Source: Candidatus Omnitrophota bacterium
GTDB lineage: Bacteria; Omnitrophota; Gorgyraeia; JABMRN01; RBG-13-46-9
DNA: 62,098 nt
NCBI GenBank assembly: GCA_024542975.1
Contig: JAMXCZ010000002.1
Coordinates: forward strand, 1-62,098
Direction of reading: 5' to 3'
This document shows positions 53,058 through 62,098 of this stretch, piece after piece; within the stretch, counting starts at the first letter, position 1; every line of letters starts with the position of its first letter. Made by a program: the position numbers and the translations under genes. The notes under the pieces are model-generated. The model saw only the letters and a program-made list of their open reading frames with translations. It was not told the origin of the DNA and searched no databases.

Positions 53058-53513
53058 TTAGGGCTGAGTGTCTGTACTCATGTTGGAGACATAGATACAG
53101 CTTGAGCTGTTTGTTTCAGATACAGCATCAGCCACTATGGAGGCGCTACCATTTCCGTCCGGGCCGGCGGAGTAGATTATATAAAACTTGCTATTGGTCC
53201 CTCCCATTACATACGCGTAATCGGCGCCGGAGGAGCTAAAAGGGTCTGTGGGTACGAAATTTATAATGCTGGGCACAGCGCTGGCCAGGGCAGTCTGTAG
53301 AGCCGCAGCGCCCGTGGCCGGATATGCATTACTATTGTGGATATAATAGCTTTCCACCGCCGTCTGCAAAGTCCTTAATTCGCCCTTCGCTTTTGCGATA
53401 TTACCCTCGTCCTGCATTCCCTTGAAACGCGGAAGCGCTATGCCGATCAGAATTGATATCACCGCTATTACGATTAAAAGTTCAATCAGTGTAAAGCCTT
53501 TTTTCTTCAACAT
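53058..53513 (-). CDS. major type IV pilin / GspG-like pseudopilin
   Basis: MLKKKG/FTLIELLIVIAVISILIGIALPRF...AKAKGELRTLQTAVESYY. Confidence 0.85.
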   Translation of the reverse strand: MLKKKGFTLIELLIVIAVISILIGIALPRFKGMQDEGNIAKAKGELRTLQTAVESYYIHNSNAYPATGAAALQTALASAVPSIINFVPTDPFSSSGADYAYVMGGTNSKFYIIYSAGPDGNGSASIVADAVSETNSSSCIYVSNMSTDTQP

Positions 53514-53549
53514 ACCATCCTCCCTTTTCCGGTTATCCGGTTTCTTATT

Positions 53550-54764
53550 TTAACGTTTCAAGACAGTTATCATATCAAACATCGGCAAAAGCATAGATGC
53601 CATAATAAAGCCCACCATGCTACCCATAACAACTAAAAACAGAGGTTCCAGCACCGTTGTAAGTTTTTTTATAGCATATCCCAGTGACATGTCGTAAAAA
53701 TCCGCAATCTTGTTAAGCATTTTATCCAAACTGCCGGTCTCCTCGCCAACCGAGATCATCTGGATGACATCAGGCGGGAATTCCCCGCTTACCTTGAGTG
53801 GTTCCGATATTTTTTCCCCTTTTTCTACGGCGACTCGCGCGCTTTCAAGAGCAAGCCCTAATACCTCGTTTCCGATAACATTTTTGGTTACATCCAGCGA
53901 CTGCAAAATTGGCACTCCGCTTTCCGTAAGGGTCGCCAGAGTCCTCGCAAATCCGGAAAGCGCAGATGTCCTGTGCAGGTACCCGAATATCGGCACTTTT
54001 AGCTTAAGCCGGTCGAGTTTAAGTTTTCCATTTTTTGTTTTGACATAAAATCGTATTCCGATATAGGTCGCAATAAAAAATAAAAACGCCAAAAACCAAA
54101 AACGCTTAATCCCAACGCCTACCTGGTAAAGAATAAGCGTGGGTAGGGGTAACCTGATCCCGCTCTTTAAGAAAATATCGACAAACTGCGGAATAATAAA
54201 TGTTACTATAAAAAGCGTAACGGCAACCCCCGCGACGAGAAGTATCGCCGGATAAAAGAGCGCGCCTTTGATCTTTTGCTGCAAATCTACCCGGCGTTCA
54301 AAATAGTGCGCGAACCTGAGAGAGACCATGTCGAGTTTTCCGCTCGCCTCGCCGGCTTTTACCATATTTATGAAAAGCTTGGGAAATATGCGCGGATGCC
54401 CCGTGAGAGCCTGCGAAAGGCTATCCCCTCCCTCAATGCTCCGCGCGGCGCTGCCGACAGCTTCCCGCAATCTTTTGTTTGCAACCTGTTTACTTAAGGC
54501 TTCCAGGGCCGCTAGTATGGGTATGCCCGCTCCTATCATGTTTGAAAGCTGGATATAGAAGAGGATCATATCATCCGTACCTACCGGCCGAAAATTCTCA
54601 AACCATGACTCGATTCTAACCCCAGCCCGGGTTTCGGCAATGTTGGTAGTCATATACCCCATTTTATGAAGCTTGTCTATGAGCCCTTCCTTCGTAGCAG
54701 CCTCCATAGTACCGCGGACTGCTTTCCCCGAAGTATCGCGAGCTTTGTACGTAAAAGTCGGCAT
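53550..54764 (-). CDS. pilC: PilC/GspF-family inner-membrane platform protein
   Basis: Two T2SSF repeats, 404 aa, with the N-terminus MPTFTYKARDTSGK typical of the family. Confidence 0.9.
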   Translation of the reverse strand: MPTFTYKARDTSGKAVRGTMEAATKEGLIDKLHKMGYMTTNIAETRAGVRIESWFENFRPVGTDDMILFYIQLSNMIGAGIPILAALEALSKQVANKRLREAVGSAARSIEGGDSLSQALTGHPRIFPKLFINMVKAGEASGKLDMVSLRFAHYFERRVDLQQKIKGALFYPAILLVAGVAVTLFIVTFIIPQFVDIFLKSGIRLPLPTLILYQVGVGIKRFWFLAFLFFIATYIGIRFYVKTKNGKLKLDRLKLKVPIFGYLHRTSALSGFARTLATLTESGVPILQSLDVTKNVIGNEVLGLALESARVAVEKGEKISEPLKVSGEFPPDVIQMISVGEETGSLDKMLNKIADFYDMSLGYAIKKLTTVLEPLFLVVMGSMVGFIMASMLLPMFDMITVLKR

Positions 54765-56464
54765 TATTTTTCCTCCGCTACGCGCAGAACTTCTTCAACC
54801 GTAGTGCGGCCCACCTTGATCTTCTCGATTCCATCCCGAAGGAGTGTGATCATACCTGAACTAAGCGCCTTATTCCTTATCGCCGTAACAGAGGCTTTCC
54901 CTACTATCAGGTTACGCATATCATCATCGACCGGCATAAACTCATAGATGCTAAGCCTGCCTTTATACCCCGTCTTCATACATTTATCACAACCCTTTCC
55001 ACGATAGAATTTGACGTCCTTACGGCTTCCCTCGCTAAACCCTATATCCTTTAATTCCTCCTGTGTCGGAGTATATTCTTCCTTGCAGCTCGGACAAATT
55101 GTTCGAACCAGCCTCTGCGCCAGAACACCTATTACAGAAGATGATACCAAAAAGGGCTCGACTCCCATATCGATCATACGCGTTACGGCGCCGGGCGCGT
55201 CATTGGTGTGAAGCGTAGAAAACACGAGATGACCGGTAAGAGCTGCCTGGATCGCAATTTCGGCAGTCTCAGAATCTCTCATCTCTCCCACCATTATTAC
55301 GTCCGGGTCCTGTCTCAATATCGAGCGCAACCCGTTGGAAAATGTAAGATCGACCTTTGGGTTTATCTGGATCTGCCTTACCCCCTTGAGTTTGTATTCA
55401 ACAGGATCCTCTATCGTTATTATGTTCTTTTCAACCGTATTTATTTTATCGAGCGAAGCATAAAGCGTCGTTGTTTTACCGCTTCCGGTAGGACCTGTCA
55501 CGAGAATTATTCCGTGCGGCCGCGCGATAAGTTTCCGATATTTCTCGAAAACGGATTTGGAAAACCCAAGGTTCTCAAGGGTTAAAAGGGCGCTCGCTAC
55601 ATCCAGGAGACGCATTACGACATTTTCGCCGAATATAGTAGGAACTGACGAAACGCGCACATCTATCGTCCTTCCTTCCATTTTAATGGAAAACCTCCCG
55701 TCCTGGGGCTTTCGTCTTTCCGCGATATCAAGGTTTGCCATTATTTTTATCCTGGATATTATTGCGGACTGAAGATGTTTGGGCGGAGACGGAACCTCGT
55801 GGAGCATTCCATCAACCCTGAACCGTGTCTTGAGAACCGTCTCCTCCGGCTCGATGTGAATGTCACTGGCGCCTTCTTTGGCGGCTTTGAGCACCATCAG
55901 GTTTACAAGTTTAATTATGACCGGCTCCTCGCTCATCCCCTCAAGTTTCTTGGCGTCAATCTCCTCTTCCTCTTTCACGCCAAACCTGTTTTCGTCAATG
56001 TTCTTTATGAGGTCTTCCATAGACCCCTTTGCTCCGTAATATTGATCGAGAGATTTTTTAATCTCGGCAACGGTCGCTACCGCGGGCTCTATAATAAGAT
56101 TTGTTTTCATCCTGAGCTCATCCAGAGCAAAAATATTCCATGGGTCAACCATCGCGCACGTAAGGCGGTTTCCTATTTTCAATATTGGAATCACCTCGTA
56201 TTTCCTTGCCAGCACCTCCGGCACGAGCTCCACTATCTTGGGATCTATCAAGTAGTTGGCAAGCTCAATCCTCGGCACTCCGAGCTTCTCACTTACGAAA
56301 ACAACCAGGTCATCTTCGGCAATAAACCCCAGTTTAACAAGCGCCTGCCTCAAACGCAGCCCCTGCCGTTTCTCCTCGGCCTGCGCCTGCTTAAGTTGTC
56401 CGGATGTTATGATTCCTTCGTCAACCAAGCTTTCACCCAGAGACTTCCTTGTTTTCTTCACCAT
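54764..56464 (-). CDS. pilB: PilB/GspE-family assembly ATPase
   Basis: N-terminal T2SSE_N domain, Walker A GPTGSGKTTTLY, Asp/His boxes, and a tetracysteine CPSC...CDKC. Confidence 0.93.
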   Translation of the reverse strand: MVKKTRKSLGESLVDEGIITSGQLKQAQAEEKRQGLRLRQALVKLGFIAEDDLVVFVSEKLGVPRIELANYLIDPKIVELVPEVLARKYEVIPILKIGNRLTCAMVDPWNIFALDELRMKTNLIIEPAVATVAEIKKSLDQYYGAKGSMEDLIKNIDENRFGVKEEEEIDAKKLEGMSEEPVIIKLVNLMVLKAAKEGASDIHIEPEETVLKTRFRVDGMLHEVPSPPKHLQSAIISRIKIMANLDIAERRKPQDGRFSIKMEGRTIDVRVSSVPTIFGENVVMRLLDVASALLTLENLGFSKSVFEKYRKLIARPHGIILVTGPTGSGKTTTLYASLDKINTVEKNIITIEDPVEYKLKGVRQIQINPKVDLTFSNGLRSILRQDPDVIMVGEMRDSETAEIAIQAALTGHLVFSTLHTNDAPGAVTRMIDMGVEPFLVSSSVIGVLAQRLVRTICPSCKEEYTPTQEELKDIGFSEGSRKDVKFYRGKGCDKCMKTGYKGRLSIYEFMPVDDDMRNLIVGKASVTAIRNKALSSGMITLLRDGIEKIKVGRTTVEEVLRVAEEK

Positions 56465-56466
56465 AT

Positions 56467-56838
56467 CTACTCCTTCAACAATTCTTTAATCTTCCCAAGT
56501 AAAGCTTGCTGCTCAAATGGCTTCGTAATATATGCATCCGCGCCGACTTCTTCACCCAGCTGTTTGTCCGATTCCTGAGCCCGGGCGCTAAATAGAATTA
56601 CAGGAATCGCGGAATATTTTGTATCTTTCTTAAGCAATGCGCATACCTTATATCCGTCCATTTTAGGGAGCATAAGGTCTAAAATAATTAAATCCGGCTT
56701 CTCCTTACGCGCCTTCTTCAAACCCTCCATGCCATCATAAGCGCTTAGGGTTTCGTAATCGGCTTGCTTGAGCCTAATCTCTACTGCCCTGACAATCTCA
56801 ACTTCATCATCAACTACTAATATCCTCTTTTTATCCAT
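56467..56838 (-). CDS. single-domain response regulator
   Basis: KRILVVDDEVEI...PDLIILDLMLPKMDGYK...K. Confidence 0.85.
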   Translation of the reverse strand: MDKKRILVVDDEVEIVRAVEIRLKQADYETLSAYDGMEGLKKARKEKPDLIILDLMLPKMDGYKVCALLKKDTKYSAIPVILFSARAQESDKQLGEEVGADAYITKPFEQQALLGKIKELLKE

Positions 56839-56940
56839 CCCACCCTCTGCTTACAACTTACCGCTTGTGTCTTATCCAGCCTGCCGGGTCGTCATAGGCC
56901 GCCAATATCTCGCAGCCGTTGACTTCGAGGCGTATCTTCA

Positions 56941-57828
56941 TTATTTTTTGGCACCTGTACAGCCAAAAGCATGGCGCCTCTCCGTTCTTGGCAATGTAAA
57001 AATAAACTTACTTCCCTTGCCAGGTTTCGACTCAACCCAAAGCCGCCCCTTGTGAAGTTTTACGATGTCCCTTGCGATCGGAAGGCCAAGCCCGGTTCCT
57101 TCCTGCTTTTCAGCAGTAATACGTTCGAATTTATCGAATATTTTTGTGTGATACTTCTTTGGAATACCGGGCCCATCATCTGAGATTTCAAAAGAAATAC
57201 CTTTGTTGTCCCCCGTAAGCCTGATGTCAATAGTACCCCTCTCAGGCGCATACTTTATTGCATTGTTCAGAAGATTGATCATAACCTCGCTTATCTTATC
57301 TCTGTCAGCCAAAATTACGCCTGCCTCAGGCGCAATATGCTTCTTAAGGGTAATATTTTTCCTGGAAAGCTCGCCTTCGTATACGGAAACTACTTCTTCC
57401 AGAACCGATGCCACATTGATATCCTCTTTTTTAAGCGTCATCTTGCCGGATTCGATTCTGGAAAGATCCAAAAGATCCATAACCAGCCTGAGAAGACGTT
57501 CCACAGTTTTTTTTGCCCTTGCGAGCGTTTCTCTCTGTTGCTGGTTTATGCCACCGACAACTCCCTCAAAGACCAAAGATATACACTCATTGATTATGGC
57601 AAGGGGGTTCTTAAACTCATGGGAAACGTTAGCTACAAAGTGCGATTTTATCTGGTCGAGTCGTTCTAATTTCTTATTTTTCTCTTCGAGCTCTTTATAT
57701 AGAATTTTTATGCCTTCGTTTGTTTTTTTGCTGGCCCACTCTCTGTCCTCGATCTCTTTCTTTAGCTTCGCGATTTCATTCTCGAGTTTATCGAGTTTTG
57801 TACTATTTTTTTGTGTTTTTACGGGCAT
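56941..57828 (-). CDS. cytoplasmic histidine kinase (coiled coil + HisKA + HATPase_c)
   Basis: H-box FVANVSHEFKNPL, N-box NLLNNAIKY, G-boxes DDGPGI and GTGLGL. Confidence 0.88.
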   Translation of the reverse strand: MPVKTQKNSTKLDKLENEIAKLKKEIEDREWASKKTNEGIKILYKELEEKNKKLERLDQIKSHFVANVSHEFKNPLAIINECISLVFEGVVGGINQQQRETLARAKKTVERLLRLVMDLLDLSRIESGKMTLKKEDINVASVLEEVVSVYEGELSRKNITLKKHIAPEAGVILADRDKISEVMINLLNNAIKYAPERGTIDIRLTGDNKGISFEISDDGPGIPKKYHTKIFDKFERITAEKQEGTGLGLPIARDIVKLHKGRLWVESKPGKGSKFIFTLPRTERRHAFGCTGAKK

Positions 57829-57842
57829 CTTTTTACCTTATG

Positions 57843-58211
57843 CTATTTGAGCAGGCTTTTTACCGCTTTTGCCAGATGCGCAAAATCGGAGGTTTTTACC
57901 ACATAGTCATCCGCTCCGGCAGCCCTTGCCTTGCCGGCGTCGACCGCGTCAATAGCGCCTGTGGTAACGATTATTTTCGTTGTTTTCGGGCCCTGGGATT
58001 TTCGTATCCGGCGGCAAGTCTCAAAGCCGTCTATTCCGGGAAGCACGGTATCAAGAACGATGAGCTCCGGTTTTTCTTTCTCCGCCGCCTCTACTCCTTC
58101 CTCGCCTCTTTCAGCCGTGATAATGTCTTTAAAACCGGCCTTACTGAGAACTCTCGTTATAATCTTACGGTCCTGCTCGTTATCATCAACCACAAGTATC
58201 TTCTTATTCAC
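57843..58211 (-). CDS. single-domain response regulator
   Basis: KKILVVDDNEQD...PELIVLDTVLPGIDGFE...K. Confidence 0.85.
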   Translation of the reverse strand: MNKKILVVDDNEQDRKIITRVLSKAGFKDIITAERGEEGVEAAEKEKPELIVLDTVLPGIDGFETCRRIRKSQGPKTTKIIVTTGAIDAVDAGKARAAGADDYVVKTSDFAHLAKAVKSLLK

Positions 58212-58226
58212 GCTATTCTCCTAACT

Positions 58227-60161
58227 CTACCCGCCCGCCGGGTGAGATGCGGTTTGTTTACTCTTTGGTATCGTGAAACGGAACGTTGCGCCTTTGCCGG
58301 ACTCGGATTCGATCCAGATCCTGCCTTCGTGATCGTCGATAATGCGTTTTACGATGGCTAGGCCCGCCCCGGTGCCGTCATAGTCCTGGGCTGTCTGCAG
58401 GCGCCTGAATATCGTAAACACGTCCTTGTGGAACTGTGGAGCGATCCCTATGCCGTTGTCCCTGACGTAAAATTCGTAAGAGTCACCTTCATCCCTGTAA
58501 CCTATTTCTACTTTCGGCCGGGCTTTATTATTTTTTGACGAGAATTTTATGGCGTTCGTTATGAGGTTCACAAATACTTCGCCCATTTTTATCCGGTCGC
58601 AACGAATACGCGGCAAATTCTCTTGTATCTTCAAATCTACGTTGCTTTTTTTAATATCGAATTTAATGCGCTCTACAACCGAATCTATGAGGCTTTTTAT
58701 GTCAACGTCTTCATACGGGTTCTTAATCCTTGTAATGCGTGAAAGGAGAAGCAGGTCTCTTATGAGAGCATCCATCCTGTCGACACCTTTTTGGATCTCA
58801 CCTAAATGTTCCCTGCCTTCCTTGTTGAGTTTGTTTTTTGAATCCTCCTCCAGGAAACCGGAAAACGAAGAAATTGCCCGTAAGGGGGCGCGCAGATCGT
58901 GACTTGCCGTATACACGAAGCTGTCGAGCTCCTTATTCACCTTCTCAAGCATCTTTTTCTGCTCTTCAAGCTGGGACTTCTGCGCCTCTACATGGGATTT
59001 TGCCTCTACGAGGCTATCAGTCATCTGGTTAAACGAGTGGGCCAGCTCCCCTATTTCATCCCCCGTTTTTATCTTCGCCCTTTCTGAGAGGTTACCCTGC
59101 GTAATTATGCCGGAAACCCTTGTAAGATCTGTTACAGGGCCTGAAATGGTCTGCGCCACCACAATGGCCAGGATCACAACGACAACCAAAAGCACTAAAC
59201 CTGTCACCGATAGAATCCTTCTCAATTTGTCTGCGGCAGCGAATATCTCGTCCGTATCCATCTTTACGACTATGCCGAGATTAAAAGACGACAAATAACT
59301 CCAAATCGCGAGCACCTCGTTCCCACGATAGTCGAGATACATCCCTGACCCGTTTCTTCCGCGAACCGCCTCCTGCACCGCAAGCGCCTTAAGAGACCCG
59401 ATGGACACTTTCTTATTGAATGTAGCATCGGGATCAAATCTGAGAGGTACGATATACACGGCATTACTACCCATTTTGGCCGCTATAATCACCTCCCCTG
59501 TTTCGCCTAAGCCTCTATAATCGCCTACGATCTCGGAAATCCCTTTCGTGTCCATGCGGGTAATAAGGGTCCCAATATAATTACCGCTCTCCAATACCGG
59601 CACGCCTATGTAGGCAACCACCTTGCCGTCAACCGGATCATAGCCAAAATCGGAAACCTCTGTTTTAAGAGACGAAAGCCTGGTGGTCTTGGTAAACACA
59701 AGAGGCAGTTCTAAATCCTGATTCGGGGCTCTTTTGTAAAATAGATTCGTAAATCGCTTTTTTTTTGCGGAAAATACCACATTGCCTTCCGCAGAAACAA
59801 GCAGTATATCGCTATAACCGAACGTCCTCTGGTAATAATTGAGAAAAGGGGCATATTCGGTATAGACGGCGTTGTATCCTGCGGAATCCAAGCCGCCTAT
59901 GTCATATTCGCTTTTAAATTTGATAAGGGCGGTTCTAAGATCAGGCATGAGCGATAGTTGGGTTATCTCCTTCTCTTTTTCCCGGAAGTAGGCTTTGATC
60001 TGGCCTGCTTCATTGTCAGCGATTGTAAACAGGCGTTCCCTCGCTTCCCGTTCAATTGCCTTTTGTGAGCTGTCATAGCTTATGTATATCCCTATCGTGA
60101 GAGGCAAGAGCGCTATAAATAAGAACCAAATTATAAGCTTAGTAGATATTCTAAAAGTCAT
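58227..60161 (-). CDS. membrane sensor histidine kinase (Cache-like periplasmic domain + HAMP + HisKA + HATPase_c)
   Basis: Two TM helices flank a ~280-aa sensor domain. HAMP (DEIGELAHSFNQM), H-box ASHDLRAPL, and N/G boxes are present. ATG 60161 is preferred because the track start TTG 60197 coincides with a -35 box. Confidence 0.85.
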   Translation of the reverse strand: MTFRISTKLIIWFLFIALLPLTIGIYISYDSSQKAIEREARERLFTIADNEAGQIKAYFREKEKEITQLSLMPDLRTALIKFKSEYDIGGLDSAGYNAVYTEYAPFLNYYQRTFGYSDILLVSAEGNVVFSAKKKRFTNLFYKRAPNQDLELPLVFTKTTRLSSLKTEVSDFGYDPVDGKVVAYIGVPVLESGNYIGTLITRMDTKGISEIVGDYRGLGETGEVIIAAKMGSNAVYIVPLRFDPDATFNKKVSIGSLKALAVQEAVRGRNGSGMYLDYRGNEVLAIWSYLSSFNLGIVVKMDTDEIFAAADKLRRILSVTGLVLLVVVVILAIVVAQTISGPVTDLTRVSGIITQGNLSERAKIKTGDEIGELAHSFNQMTDSLVEAKSHVEAQKSQLEEQKKMLEKVNKELDSFVYTASHDLRAPLRAISSFSGFLEEDSKNKLNKEGREHLGEIQKGVDRMDALIRDLLLLSRITRIKNPYEDVDIKSLIDSVVERIKFDIKKSNVDLKIQENLPRIRCDRIKMGEVFVNLITNAIKFSSKNNKARPKVEIGYRDEGDSYEFYVRDNGIGIAPQFHKDVFTIFRRLQTAQDYDGTGAGLAIVKRIIDDHEGRIWIESESGKGATFRFTIPKSKQTASHPAGG

Positions 60162-60168
60162 AGTTTTA

Positions 60169-60197
60169 AGTATACATGGAGGAATATTCTTTGTCAA
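60169..60197 (-). promoter_or_regulatory. consensus-like promoter TTGACA-17-TATACT ending 7 nt before ATG 60161 (implies a leaderless or near-leaderless mRNA)
   Basis: The minus strand reads TTGACAaagaatattcctccatgTATACTtaaaactATG. Confidence 0.55.
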
Positions 60198-60224
60198 ATA
60201 GGCGGGCGAAAACCTTCCAAACTG

Positions 60225-60965
60225 TTAATATTTGACTTTTAGAAGAATGAGGCCTTTTGCAGGCGCGGTAGGTCCGGCTTTTCGGCGGTCACGGGCGCGC
60301 AATATGGCCTTTGCGCTGCCTTCGGGGAGGTATCCTCTTCCGATTTCAACGAGCGTGCCAACAATATTTCGGGCCATATTATGCAAAAAGCCGTCGGCTT
60401 CGATCTCTATTTGTACAAAAGCGCCTTTCTTCTTTACTGCCAGCCTCGTTATTGTCCTTACGGTGTTCTTTATGGGAGAATGAGCGCTTTTTCGCTGAAA
60501 TGACTTAAAATCATGCTTTCCCACGAACGTTTTCGCTTCTTTTCTCACTGATTTAAGATCAAGCGCATAAGGGACTCTCCAGTAGAGACGCCTTAAGAAC
60601 AGGTCATGAGCTCTGCCGCCGAGAATTGTGTATCTGTAGATTTTACCCTTAGCAGCGTATTGGGAGTGGAATTTGGGGTAGGTTTTTTTTATTTTGGTAA
60701 TAGAGATCTCATCCGGTAGATTTGCGTTAAGGGCGTTTTGAAGGTTTGTGAGCGGAAATTCCTTCCCTGTCTTAAAGTTGGCTATTTGCGCTTTCGCGTG
60801 GACACCGGAATCTGTCCGCCCTGAGCCTACCAGCCTTACATTTTCCCCGAGCACCTTGCGCAAGGCTTTTTCGATCTCGCCCTGTATGGTTTTAGCGTTT
60901 TTTTGCACCTGCCAACCGGCATACTTCGTGCCCTCATATGCTATGGTAAGGCGAATATTAGGCAT
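60225..60965 (-). CDS. truA: tRNA pseudouridine(38-40) synthase
   Basis: IAYEGTKYAGWQ.Q, and GSGRTDSGVHA (catalytic Asp). Confidence 0.92.
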   Translation of the reverse strand: MPNIRLTIAYEGTKYAGWQVQKNAKTIQGEIEKALRKVLGENVRLVGSGRTDSGVHAKAQIANFKTGKEFPLTNLQNALNANLPDEISITKIKKTYPKFHSQYAAKGKIYRYTILGGRAHDLFLRRLYWRVPYALDLKSVRKEAKTFVGKHDFKSFQRKSAHSPIKNTVRTITRLAVKKKGAFVQIEIEADGFLHNMARNIVGTLVEIGRGYLPEGSAKAILRARDRRKAGPTAPAKGLILLKVKY

Positions 60966-62010
60966 GCTTTATGAGGAGTTCCGCGATCTGGATTGCGTTA
61001 AGCGCCGCGCCCTTGCGAAGATTGTCGCTTACAACCCATAGGTTTAAGCCATTTTCGATCGATTCGTCCTCGCGCACGCGGCCTACGAAGACTTCGTTTT
61101 CGCCTTCTGCGGAGAGAGGCATGGGGTATTTTTGGATGCTCGGATCGTCGATAAGTTGAACGCCCGGCGCATTTTTAAGTATTTTTTTTGCTTCCGTGAC
61201 ACTGAGCTTCTTTTCAGTCTCTATATTTATGCTTTCGGAGTGCGCAAAAAATACCGGGACACGTACGCAGGTTGCGGTAACTTTTAGATTTTCGTCTTTC
61301 ATGATCTTCCGCGTTTCATTTACGAGCTTCATTTCTTCCTTGGTATACGCATTTTCAAGGAAAATGTCGATCTGCGGAATCAGATTATATGCGATCTGAT
61401 AGGGAAATTCCTTTATTAGAAAGTTGTCGACATTGTGGCTTCCCACTGTCCAGTTATCAACTACTTTATCAATTGTTTCGGTTTGTTTTTCCATTTCGAG
61501 GATTTTTTTCTGGCCGGCTCCGGAAACAGACTGATACGTAGAAATAACGATTCTCTTTATCCGGACCTCTTTGTGGAGCGGCCACAGGGCTACTGCAGCC
61601 TGTATGGTAGAGCAATTCGGGTTTGCTATGATCCCTTTATGGCTTCCGATTGCTTCCGGATTCACCTCCGGAATGACGAGTGGCGTCGCCTTATCCATCC
61701 TGAAAGCGCTTGAGTTGTCAATGCACACCGCTCCGGCCCTAACCGCACTCGGTAGAAACTCGAGGCTCCTTTCGGCGCCCGCGCTTGAGAGCACAATATC
61801 TATACCCTTAAATGATTTATGCGTAAGCGCCCCTACCGGACAGGATTTGTTTTTGAATTTTAGTTTTCGGCCCTTGGATTTTTCGGAGGCCAAAAGCCTG
61901 ACCTCCTTGACCGGGAAATTCCTCTCCTCCAGAATAGAGATAAACTTTCCGCCTACAGCGCCCGTCGCGCCCATTATCGCTACGTTATACTTATCTTTTT
62001 TCTTTAGCAT
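60958..62010 (-). CDS. asd: aspartate-semialdehyde dehydrogenase
   Basis: VAIMGATGAVG, ANPNCSTI (active-site Cys), 350 aa. Confidence 0.93.
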   Translation of the reverse strand: MLKKKDKYNVAIMGATGAVGGKFISILEERNFPVKEVRLLASEKSKGRKLKFKNKSCPVGALTHKSFKGIDIVLSSAGAERSLEFLPSAVRAGAVCIDNSSAFRMDKATPLVIPEVNPEAIGSHKGIIANPNCSTIQAAVALWPLHKEVRIKRIVISTYQSVSGAGQKKILEMEKQTETIDKVVDNWTVGSHNVDNFLIKEFPYQIAYNLIPQIDIFLENAYTKEEMKLVNETRKIMKDENLKVTATCVRVPVFFAHSESINIETEKKLSVTEAKKILKNAPGVQLIDDPSIQKYPMPLSAEGENEVFVGRVREDESIENGLNLWVVSDNLRKGAALNAIQIAELLIKHA

Positions 62011-62031
62011 TCCAAACCTCGTTCCGTTACT

Positions 62032-62050
62032 TGTAACCTGGTTAGATTTG
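62032..62050. promoter_or_regulatory. TGTAACC-T-GGTTAGA palindrome upstream of asd
   Basis: The 17-mer TAACCTGGTTAGATTTG (62034-62050) is identical to 15631-15647. Confidence 0.5.
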
Positions 62051-62098
62051 TGGGGGTGTGCGGTGGGGTGTAATCTTAATTTGGAAACAGAAAAAAAT

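Noticed and set aside
57203-58361. 215-aa and 213-aa plus-strand ORFs over the kinase and receiver genes.
   Set aside because: They are antisense shadows of well-supported two-component genes.
1-62098. Looked for rRNA, tRNA, tmRNA, RNase P RNA, SRP RNA, CRISPR arrays, transposases, integrases and reverse transcriptases.
   Set aside because: I found no characteristic conserved strings (such as a tRNA T-arm GGTTCGAATCC, the RNase P GGAAAGTCCGGGC, or the tmRNA ends), no spacer-interrupted repeat arrays, and no ORF with recombinase or RT motifs. This is reading by eye only, so short RNAs could have been missed.

Overview
This is a 62.1-kb chromosomal segment from an unidentified bacterium, probably uncultivated, with mid-range GC by eye. 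I recognised no rRNA, tRNA, CRISPR array, transposase or integrase. All calls come from reading the ORF translations and the DNA; no database search was possible.

Layout:
- 1-13.4 kb: accessory-looking small genes. These are a GH1 fragment, a wHTH-zeta-toxin-like kinase, a DUF1858/hemerythrin + cupin redox set, recQ, two TIGR04073-like paralogs, two PilZ proteins, a receiver, a basic repeat protein and an XRE-cupin regulator.
- 13.8-21.2 kb: thpR-cinA, divergent from recA-htrA-recX-alaS.
- 21.2-34.7 kb: a fused his-trp supraoperon, hisD-B-H-A-F-[2.4-kb AT-rich insertion]-hisI-trpE-G-D-C-F-B-A.
- 34.7-44.4 kb: housekeeping genes (manC-like, ruvX, M16 peptidase, phosphohexomutase, histidine phosphatase, lepA, lepB, pgsA, der, plsY).
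- 44.4-45.9 kb: a gene-poor stretch with orphan ORFs and structured non-coding elements.
- 45.9-62.0 kb, minus strand: an SNF transporter, then a type IV pilus/T2SS-like cluster flanked by five receiver domains and two histidine kinases, then truA and asd.

Observations most worth follow-up:
1. Two diverged, oppositely oriented ~165-185-nt long-hairpin elements at 45362-45793. They have compensatory helix changes and conserved loops, and may be a candidate new structured RNA or MITE-like family.
2. A cargo-only 2.4-kb AT-rich insertion bounded by a 13-bp direct repeat exactly between hisF and hisI. It carries a transglutaminase-like gene and two paralogous membrane-anchored unknowns.
3. Tandem heptanucleotide arrays (UAUAGCU-like) that replace Shine-Dalgarno (SD) sequences in three trp intergenic spacers.
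4. A four-helix-bundle ('23S rRNA IVS protein') gene inside the pilin operon, bracketed by inverted (GTCGTTC)n heptad arrays that could form a stem of 20 bp or more.
5. A recurrent palindrome, TCTAACC-N-GGTTAGA, including a perfect 37-bp inverted repeat between cinA and recA.
6. A 57-nt conserved element shared by the recA leader and a small ORF downstream of recQ.
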